Shown here: positions 18,277 to 28,600 of the stretch, one piece after another
Numbering within the stretch: position 1 is the stretch's first letter
Layout: every line of letters starts with the position of its first letter
From: an archaeon
Lineage (GTDB): Archaea > Nanobdellota > Nanobdellia > Pacearchaeales > GW2011-AR1
DNA: 64,000 nucleotides
Direction: 5' to 3'
NCBI GenBank assembly: GCA_021107855.1
Contig: JAIORZ010000006.1
Coordinates: forward strand, 32,480 to 96,479
Translations under genes and position numbers: made by a program
Notes under the pieces: generated by a model
Databases searched by the model: none
What the model saw: only the letters and a program-made list of their open reading frames with translations
Told to the model about the DNA's origin: nothing

Positions 18277-19005
18277 TTACTCTAACTCTACGTAAAAGTA
18301 GTAGGTAGTTGTAGCTGTATTTGTTCCATGTCCGTCTTCTAGAACTAGCATTTCGAAATCGTGATATGCATTATCAAAGCCCGCGACGTCTTCTTCGTCT
18401 AAGATTGATGTGAAGATAACTTGCGTGTCTGCGCTTGAATCGGTTAGTAAAACTTCTTCGAAATTGTTATCCACGCTTGCTCCTGTACTATCATATATGC
18501 TTGTACTTGCGCAATCTCCTGCTACAAATTGCACGTTATTTGTAAAAAATTCGTCATGAGTCCCAGCGTCGGAAAATGTTTCATTGACTCCGTCGACATC
18601 GTCTGAGCTAATGTTGAATAATGTTTCAAGCGCGGAATGGTTTCCTGCTAAATCGAAACATGCAATATTTACCCATGCTACTGATGTATCTGTGGTTGCG
18701 TAAATTTCACCTTCAGGAGAAGCTAGTGTCCAGTTATACATTTGATTATCTGAAGCGTCTGCCAATTGAATTGTACCTGTTACGTTACCAAAATAACCTT
18801 GCCAAGACTGAGTTATTGAAAAACCAGAAACTGTTAATTCTGTTACATTCCCTGCTAGTGCTTCATGGTCTTGCGCTAGATCCATTGGAGCTCGTTCAGT
18901 CTTCACTTCTGTATAATTTGCACCAAACGGCTGAACGGCCATAACGTTTACTGCTAGAAACATCGTTAGAATTAATACCAATAATGTTAGTGCTTTTGTG
19001 TTCAT
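18277..19005 (-). CDS. secreted subunit, family B (candidate major subunit)
   Basis: Signal peptide; AGNVTEL...TQSWQGYFGNV.G.IQLADA...YNW.LASP.GE...DFEMLVLEDGH...YYFYVELE; strong SD AAGGAGGT. Confidence 0.9.
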   Translation of the reverse strand: MNTKALTLLVLILTMFLAVNVMAVQPFGANYTEVKTERAPMDLAQDHEALAGNVTELTVSGFSITQSWQGYFGNVTGTIQLADASDNQMYNWTLASPEGEIYATTDTSVAWVNIACFDLAGNHSALETLFNISSDDVDGVNETFSDAGTHDEFFTNNVQFVAGDCASTSIYDSTGASVDNNFEEVLLTDSSADTQVIFTSILDEEDVAGFDNAYHDFEMLVLEDGHGTNTATTTYYFYVELE

Positions 19006-19095
19006 CTCTTTTAACCTCCTTTTGATTATTTGTTCATACCATTAGTAGTATGTTACCCGTTTTGAATAGCAATATTGTTTATAAATCTTCTCTTT

Positions 19096-19128
19096 TTTCA
19101 AAAGTGAAAGAGTATTTCAAAAGTGAAA
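19096..19128. promoter_or_regulatory. tandem palindromic operator between divergent promoters
   Basis: TTTCA-AAAG-TGAAA at 19096-19109 and 19115-19128, between TATA boxes near 19078-19085 and 19131-19138. Confidence 0.8.
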
Positions 19129-19159
19129 AACTTATATAGTTTGTATACGTGGAAAATGG

Positions 19160-19693
19160 ATGGAAATCAACGTTTTGTCGGGATTATTGGATGATAAGTT
19201 GATTAAAATTATTTCGTTGTTTATGAAATATCCCGATAAACGGTTTTCTATGAGTGAGGTTTCGAAGCTCAGTGGGATTAATGGGGCGACGACTTTTAGG
19301 ACTTTGAATAAACTTGTGACGGAGAATTTGATACGGGCGACGGTTATAGGGAAGACGCGGAGTTATCAGTTGTCGCAAGGTGAGAGGACGTCGTTATTGG
19401 TTCGGCTTTTGAAGAAGGATAAGGTTAATGTTTTGGATATTTTCTGTGAGAAGGTTAAGGAGTTGCCTAGGGTTAAGACGGTTTTGTTAGATTCGAATAA
19501 CGTGGACGGGGCTAAGGTTATTATTGTTGGGGATTATCCGTCGAAGGATAGAGTTGAAAAAATTTGTGAGGATATTCAGAGTGATAGGAAGTTTAAGATT
19601 GATTTTGTGGAGTTGACGCCGAAGCAGTATTTGGATTTGAGGAAGTTTGGCACTATTCCTTCGGGGAAGCGGATTTTGTTTACTCGGGCCTAG
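19160..19693 (+). CDS. wHTH regulator with degenerate nucleotidyltransferase-like C-terminal domain
   Basis: SMSEVSKLSGINGATTFRTLNKLV HTH; the C-domain has an MNT-like layout without the GS/DxD motif. Confidence 0.75.
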   Translation: MEINVLSGLLDDKLIKIISLFMKYPDKRFSMSEVSKLSGINGATTFRTLNKLVTENLIRATVIGKTRSYQLSQGERTSLLVRLLKKDKVNVLDIFCEKVKELPRVKTVLLDSNNVDGAKVIIVGDYPSKDRVEKICEDIQSDRKFKIDFVELTPKQYLDLRKFGTIPSGKRILFTRA

Positions 19694-22600
19694 GTTATTT
19701 CCATGTAGAATGCGACGGATGTTTGGGTGGCGGCATGGTATTCCCTGAGTTTTGCTGGAACTCTGAGTTCATAGTCCGTTACCTCGTATGAGCCTGCGGT
19801 GTCTTTGGAAATTCTTGTTACGAAGATTATGTCTTCTTTTTCGGTTGTGTCGTATTCGGAATCTGTGTCGTCGCTGTAGTCCCAGAGGATTCCTGTCTTG
19901 AATGATGAGGAGTTGATTGATGTTGTTACTGGAATGTATGGAATGTGTTTTCCGAATATTGTGAGGTTTTGGGTTTCGTTAATCTCTCCTGCGTTTAGGT
20001 AAAGAGCTTCTAGTGAGTCGGGAAATTGCGTCGAGCCTAGAATTGTGTCGATTTCTTGAATATCATTAGTTGAATTTGCGCCGGATGGTTTCTTGCCGAT
20101 TGCTTGTAGTGTCGTCCAATCTACGTTTGAGTCGTAGTCAGCGACGTAGATTTTGGAGTTTAGTAGACCTGTTTCGTTCCATGTGACTATTTTTGCTTCT
20201 ATTGAATCTGCGAGTTTGAGTTCGCTGTCTGGATTTATATCGCCGTAGAATAGATGCCAACTTGAGATAGTTATGGTCTTGTTTGCTTTGTTGTTTGTTT
20301 CTAAGTTTTCTGTGATTAAATCAGCTGGGTCTACTTTTACAAATATTTGCGTTGCTCCTATTTCTGCATCCCATACGACGGATGCGTTGCTGAAATTTAG
20401 TGCTGAGACTGAGATGGTTTGCGTGCTCCCAATTTGTGTTCCTGTTGTGTCTGGGTCGCCTGAGTAGAATTCGACTTGAACTGATGTGGCGTTAATTAGT
20501 GCTAGGTTGTGGACCGTTGCTGTTATCGTTATGGTTTCGCCTTCTGTTGGAGTTGTTGAGTTGAAGAATATTTGGCTTTGGTTGATTTGGAGGTCTGGGT
20601 ATGTTCGGTTGAAGACGTAGGTTAGGGATGTGTTTGTATTTCCTAGTGTGTCCCAGCATGTTACGTTCCAGAAATGTTGTCCGATGGAAAGTCCTGAGAC
20701 TGATTCTAGTTTTGAGAATCCTGATGTTACTAGGACATTGTCTTCTTCTACATTGCCATCGACGGTTAGGTTACAGGTTAGTAGTGTATCGAGTGCATCC
20801 GTCGCTGTCCAGTTGAAATCGGTGTCTACATCGTTTGCATCAACGCCGGTGTTATTGGGGGGTGAGTTTAGTTGAATTAATGGAGGACTTAAATCTCTTG
20901 AGAAATTTCTATATACGCTCATATTAATATTTGAATCTGTATCTGTACATTCAACGCTCCAATTATGTTTTCCTTCTAGAATTCCTGAAACTGTAAAATT
21001 ATTTATTATATTTTTTATGACTCCTGAGTCGGTTTGGTTTAATTTGTTGTCAATATATATGCTACAATTTACTAGTCCTAGTGCGTCAACTGGTGTGTAG
21101 CTAAAATTAATTGTTGAGTTTGTTGTTAGTATATCATTTGCTGGGCTGTCTAGGTATATTTTTGGTGGCGCGTAAACGGTAAAATTATATATTATGCTAC
21201 TGTTGTAGTTTCCGGCATCGTCTACGCAGGTTGTATTCCAGTTGTGTGCTCCGTCTACTAATAAAATTGGAACAATGTTTGTGCCGTTTATTAGCTCTCC
21301 TGTGAATTCAACGTCTCCGTCTACACTTAAATTGCAAGAGATGGAATCGTCTAGATTTTCTGTGATATTAAATGTGAATGTTACATTGTTATCACCTACG
21401 GTCGCACCTTCTGGCGGGTATATGAAATCTACTTGGGGGGCAGTAGTGTCTACATAGATTTCCCACGTTTCGCTTTCTCCGACCATTAAGGTAATATCTG
21501 TTACGTTGACACTCCAGTTGTATTTTCCGTCTGCTAGCGTTACTTCAAAATAATTATTTGCCCCACTTGTGACTATGGTTTGGTTTGTCATATAGACAGA
21601 ATTGTTAATAATTAATTCCGTTTTGGAAAATCCTTGGTCGTCTTGTGGAAAGTAAGTAAAATTGAAATTGGATGTGTTCACCCAGGAAGCATTTGGTGGA
21701 GAGATGAGAGAGATTCCTGGGGCAGTATACTTTGTGAAATTAAATACTGAAGTTGTGTTTATGTTTGAGGCATTGTCCCAACAGGTTACGTTCCATTCTC
21801 TATATCCGTCCAAGATTCCTGAGATATTTCTGGAAGCGTTCGTTGCATTGGCTAATGCAAAATTTGCATCTACTACTACAGAATCGATAGTCAAGTTACA
21901 AACTAAAAATTCGCTTATTTCATCAATGGCTTCAAATTCGAAGGTTACATTGGAAGTGTATACGTCAATTCCGAGTGGATAATAGGCAATAATATCTGGG
22001 GCATTGTTGTCGATGAACATGACGTTTTCCTCGCTGTAAGCGGCTAGTCCGTAGCTGTCAGAACAATTTACATAATAAGTGTATCTTCCGTCTGCTAATC
22101 CTTCTATTTCGAGATTGTTTACAGAGCCAAGAGATATCCCGGAGCTGACTGTTTCATTTGCTACTCCATTTAGATAGGCTGTGCAAAAATCTATGTCGGT
22201 ATTGTCATAAGGTGTGAATTGAATTGTGAATGAGTTCCCTTGATGGTAAGTCATGTTGCTGTTGTTTAAAAATACCGTGGGAGGTTCTTCTATGGTCACT
22301 AATCTTGTTTCGCTGATTCCGGAGTAACCTGAATCATCCGTGCAATTTACGTACCAGTAAGTTGCTCCATCGTCTAATAGGGAAGAATTCTGGGAGGTTA
22401 TCGCTCCTGAGGTCGCTGAGAGATTTGAATCTATAGAATTATTCACATAAATACTGCAATTTAAATTTGAATCAATTGCATCTGTGACATTAAATTGGAA
22501 GTTTACGATTCCGGATGAAGATGTGCTTTCGTTGTCTGGGTTTACTAGGACAATAGAAGGAGCGTTTAGGTCAACTCCAAAGGTTCTATTCGCAGTTGCG

Positions 22601-25600
22601 TTTGAAGTTAAACTTAAATCATAACAGGTGATGCTCCAATTATAATATCCTTCTGCAAATCCTGAAATTATAAAGAAGTTATTTACTCCGAGATTTATTG
22701 AGTCGTTTGTTTCATTTATTGCTCCATTTATTAATAAATCACAGTGGTCCATTCCTGAAGCATCGTCGGGTAGATATGTGAAATTCATGGTTCCGTCGGT
22801 GTCAATGTAGTTGTCTTCGGGGGAGACTAGGCTTACTGTTGGTGGAGTGTCTGTAATGGTGAATCTCCATGTTTCGCTAGTTGTGCTTCTTGATGATTCG
22901 TCGTAACAAGTGACGTTCCAATAGTGTGCTCCGCCACCTATCGCTCCGGAAGATACGTTTGTTTCGGTGTTGTTTAATGCAGGAACTCCTGTGTGGATTG
23001 TTGATCCGTCTAAAACAATGTCGCAAGATAAATTGCCGTCCATATTGTCGGTAGGTTTGAAGCTTAGATTTATTACTCCAACGGAATGATCTGAATTGTT
23101 TGGTGGGAAAATTAGAGTAACCTCTGGGTTTTCTAAGTCAACATAAAATTCCCAAGTTTCGCTTTGATTAGTTTCGGAGACGTCGGATAAATTGACACTC
23201 CAATTGTAGGTTCCAGAACTTAATCCGGTGATTGTGAAATTATTATTTCCTGAAGAAATTACACTTGCGTTTGTTGCGTTATAAATTCCGTTTAAAATTA
23301 ATGTAGCATTTGTAAAATCTCCGTTTGGGTCTGTTGCGTTGTAAGTTAAATTCCAGCTGCTGCTGTTAATCCAGGTTGTATTTGTTGGGCTGACTAAATT
23401 AACTTGAGGTGCTACGCCTGATTGAACGTTTAATGTGCTTTGGGCATTTGCGTTAGCTGTTTTATATCCACTTGTGACATTTACATCATAACTTCCGAAG
23501 ACACTTGTAGAATTAAAGCTATAATTGAAGAAACCTGTTGAATCTGTGAAGGCTCCGGTATAATTGAATGTTAATTCTTGTAGTTGAGGACTGTAGGTGG
23601 AATTGAATGCTCCCATTTCAATTTTATATTCTAGGTATCTGGATATATTAAGGTCGTCTGTGATGTTTTCGCCATTTGAAATTTCTGTCCAGTCGGTCCA
23701 ACTAATTTTGTCATTTGATGTTCTAATATAGATTAAAACTCCTGTGCAATCACTGGAACTAAAACTTACTGATAATTTTGGTCTGTCAGCTTGGGTTGTA
23801 TATTCTCTGCTTCTGAAAAGAACATTCCCAGAACCTATGGGATGAATTGCAAATCCGTTATTGCTAAGAGTTCTATCTGTCCATCTTTGAACGGTTGATG
23901 TAACTCCTAAGGATTTTGTTCCGGTTGAGGCTGTGCTCATGTATCCTAGGGAAGTTGTATTTATGGAAGGGGAACTTGCAAATCCTGCAGAACTCCATAA
24001 ATCGTCGCTGGTTCTGTATAGATAAGTTACTTCTTCTTCGTTCCAGCTTTGTAATAGTTCATAAAAATTAGGATTGTCTCCTGTGTCATAAACCGTCAGA
24101 CTTAAATTGGCACTGCTAATTGTGGAATTGTAGGGAATCTTATTTAGTCCATAGCCTGTAATATCCTTGAATTTTATGAGGGATCGTTCTGTGTCTGGTG
24201 AGGAGTCGACTGTGAGGAAGGCATCTGTCCCATAGTTTGTATTTTGGTTTGCGCTTGTGACATACGAGTCTTCTGTGCTAGAGTAAGAATTAGAATCTCC
24301 ATCTTGATAACTGATTGTTCCGGAGCATGGCTTTGCTACGGTGCTCCAAACAACGGTGTCCCAATTAACCTTTGCTCCAGCGTCTAAAATTCCGGAAAAA
24401 TTACCGGAAGTGTTTGTTCCGTCAAGTGTAAATTCTCCTCCTGAGTATGTAACATTATTATAGTCGGATAAGATTTCAATCTCATCTTCTGTAAAATTCA
24501 ATGCATTTTCGGAGGAACCTTGATTTGTTAAATTTTCGAGGGGGATGAATGTTCCATTAAACCAGAAGTTGATTGCATTTTTCGGGATTGCTGTTCCGTT
24601 TGATAAATTGAGATAACCTGTCATGAAAATATCTTCTTCTCCTATCGTTGTAGAGGGGTTTAGGTTTAGGTTTAAAATTAAATTTAGGATGTCAAAAGTT
24701 CCGTTATAGGAGTCTTCAAGTCCAGTTGTGTCGTTTGCATAAATTGTGTAATTATAGCTTCCATTAAAGCTTTCGTCTGTTTCTATTATGCCGCTCCAGA
24801 GGTCTCCGAAAATGTTGCTTAGGAAGATTATTGCTTTTTGAACACCCCCGATTGCGCCTTCCCAAATTATGACCCAGACACTATCTGTGCTGCTATCGCT
24901 GACGTTGACATTTATTGTTAGGTTCTCTCCTTCGTATAAGGGATTTGTGGAATTTACGATTTCTCCATCCTCATTTGTTTGGTTGATAAAAGTAATGTTT
25001 GGGGCTGAGGTGTCCACTGTGAATTCTACGCTTTTTATTCCTAAAGCTCCGGAGGTATCATTAGCATATATGAACCAGGTGTTGTTTCCGTCTACTGATG
25101 TGATTCCGGTTATATTTTGGTTACAAGTCATTGTGGTGTTGGTTTCTCCAAGGTTTAAGCTGTACCAACAAGTGTCGAGGGTTACTCCGGTTGCATGGGT
25201 GATGCTATAATTCATTTCTATTACTTGTGTGTTGTAAATATAGGTTTCCGGATAGAGGATGGTAATTGTCGGAGGAGATTCCCATGTGATGTTTAAGTCA
25301 TTAAGGGAAATATTTATGGCGCTGTCTGCAGAATATAGGACTCTGTATAAGAGATTTGAGCCAGGAGTGAATCCTGTTAAGTTGCCGCCGTTGGTAATTG
25401 TGTTCCAGTTCGCTCCGTTATCTACGCTAATTTGGACAGTGATATTATTTGTTGCATTTGTTCCTGTTTCTGCCCAGCCTGTGTATGAGATACTATTTAT
25501 TCCTTGTGATGCATTCATGACATGCGAAGTGAAATTCGCGGTTCCGCCTGAAATTACATCTCTAACATCCATTGTATCAACTCCATACATTAAATTTTCC

Positions 25601-28600
25601 GCAGCAGGAGACAGCCCGGACCAATTTTCATTTCCACTGTAATCAACTCCGCTTGCAGAATAAACCATTGTTGAAGCTGGGCTTAAATAGCTGATAGCGT
25701 TATTTGTTCCGTCGACATAAAAAGAAACCAAATAATCTTTAGAGGAATCGATGCTTAAATTTAACCAATCTGTATATTGTGAACTAGAGGCGGAAATTAT
25801 ATAACTAGTTGCTCCTCCGAATTCTAAAGCGGTCCAGGTTCCTCCGACGCAATCACTTGTTGACCCACTTCTTTCGCAAATAGTTGGATTATTGATTCCT
25901 AAAGAGCCGTCTGTTCCCGAAATGAATTTAATTCTTACAGAATCTCCGCTAGTGTTAATGGAACTAGATTGTAAAATATTTCTGTATGAATATGTGCTTC
26001 TTCCGCTATTTGCCCAAGTGCCATCCCCTGTTTGGTCGTTTGCGTCCCAAGAAATAACAGGGGAGCTTTCAGAAGTGGAAGCGTAGAAGGTCATATTTTC
26101 TCCGTCCCAAATTATACTATTTGTTTCTCTAATTGAAGAATTATCATCAAAAGTATCATAATAATATTTGTCAAAATCTACATCAAAACTGGTGCTATTA
26201 GAGGATGTGTCTCCTACTGAATTGTTTGCATAAAAGGTAATTGTTTGCGAGCTGCCTTCTTCTAAGATTATGGGGAAAATCCAACTTCCTTCGCAGTTTT
26301 TACAAATAGTTTCATTGGCTCCTCCATTAATGGACATTATTAAAGCTGCCGCACTCGAATTAAGTGTGACGTTAATAATGGGGGTGAAATCTTGCTCTAT
26401 TGGGGTTGTAATTCCTTCAATATGGATTCCTGGCGGGGGGTTTATTGTCGTCGACCAAGAAATGTTTAAATCCAATAATGAAAGATATGATAAATCTTCT
26501 ATATCAAAAAATACTCTATAAATGAAATCATCTCCTGTTGTGATAGATGTTAGTCCTGAATTTTTTGTAGCTTCATACCAATGAACACCGTCGTTTGCAC
26601 TTACTTCAATGGTTAAAGAATTATTTGCGTTGCTGTTTGCTTCGTTCCAGGTGATATTTGTAAATTTGGTTATATCGTCGGTTAAATCTACAGAATAGGA
26701 AGTGAAAGATCCGCTTTTTCTACCTCCAGTAATAATTCCTGCAAAATCGTCATGCCTGGCTTCGTCATTTAAATCGTTATAAATTCCTACTTTCCCCTCG
26801 GGATAATAGACATCTGTGGCTTGAGTTGCTAAGACTCCGTCGACATAACAGGAGACAGTGTGGTTTTTTATTTCTAATTTCATCTCGGTCCAAGTACTTA
26901 ATGAATAAGATGTCCCGTCGCTTGTTGTGGAAATGGTGGTTTCTCCGCCATTCGAAACTTCGACAATTTCTGCGTCTATTGGAGCTTGTTGTCGCACTTG
27001 GCATCTATAATAATTTGAGGAATTTTCATATCCAAAAACAAAACCTGAGTAGTCATTATCTGTAGAATATAAATCGTAAGTAAAATTATAATCTGTATCA
27101 TTGTCCATTGTGAATGAATTATAATATGCGATTGCGTCATTTGCATTTTGAGTTTGTCTCAATTCTCCGGAAATTGTTTGCCATTGTCCTCCAATTAAAG
27201 ACCACTCTTGTGAATCTGTAAAATCTTCGTTGATTACTGTGTCTTGGCTTAATTTGAGAGTTATATTCCCATTTAAAGCTTCTATCTCATCTGAGGTATA
27301 AACATAAGAAGAATCATTGAATGAATCATAATAATTATTGTTCATATTTACTGTGAAGGAAACGCTTTCGTGATTTTCTTCTCCCATCGGATTTCTGACA
27401 TAGACATTGACTGTATAGCTAGCTTCTCTTAAGTATAGGACTTCATCACTAGAGCCATTGCAGTTTGTGCAAAGAGTTTCATTTGCTCCGCCGTCTATAT
27501 TGTACCATAGGCTGCTGGCGGGACCAGTTAAATTAATATCTAAAACTGGAGTTGCGTCATTAATGTCTCCAGAAGTTGGATATGAAATTGTGATATTTGG
27601 AAGTTCTTGGTCAACTGAAATTGTGACATTCCAGATATCTGTTATGTCTGAATTAGAAAGATTGGATGTTGAGTTTGCAAAAGCAAAGAAATAATATTTC
27701 GAGTCTAGTTCTCCTGTTGCGTTTACAAAGAATGTAAAAATTTGGCTTTCTCCTTCATTTAGATAACTTGAAGTCAGGGGGTTTGAAGAGGCGTTTGTAT
27801 AGAATGGAGAGCCGGAGCCTACTGGGATAATTCCTTTATTCATGCTTGGGGTTTCGGTTGTGAAATTAACTGAATCTATATACCACCCTTCTCTTGTAAC
27901 GCTGTCGTCTGCGAAGAAATGGAATCTAAAGGTTACATTTTCTCCTGTAAAATTTGAGATATTGGCTATAACGTGTGCAAAAGATCCTGAAGATCCAATA
28001 TATCCATCGCCCCAGATGGCTTCACCATCAACTAAATCAGGTCCTCCGTTATAGTCATTATAATTTGCGTTATATCCTCCGGAAATAAAATTATCAAACT
28101 TTTTCCAGGAACCAGTTTCGTTAATTCTATATTCTAAAAGTCCCCCGTCATAACCGTTATTTTCTACGTACATATAATGATAGAAATCGAATGTGTGGTT
28201 ACCATCTTCTAAATCGTAGGTGGGAGTTACTAGAATTGAATCTGAATAAATCAAATAATTTCCAGATCCGGTGTCTCCGCATTTCCATGCTTGACTTCCA
28301 TTGTGTGTGCTCTCCGTGCTTATATGCCATTGGTCTTCTTTTTCATTTAAAGCAAAGTGTTCGAATCCTTCTGTGCCTGTTTCGAAATCGTTGTAAGTTT
28401 CTACTATTGGGTCTAGGGTCACATTAATTGTTCCACAATTTCCCTGGGTACATGTTAGATTTAAAGTTACATTAAAAAATTCATATTGTTCAACGTAGAC
28501 ATTTGAGGAAGTTGGCCATAAAACTTCTAAACTAATTTCGGGCTCTCCGAGATAGGTTTGGATTCTTAACTCTGAACTATTTGCCCAAGGTGAAAAGAAT

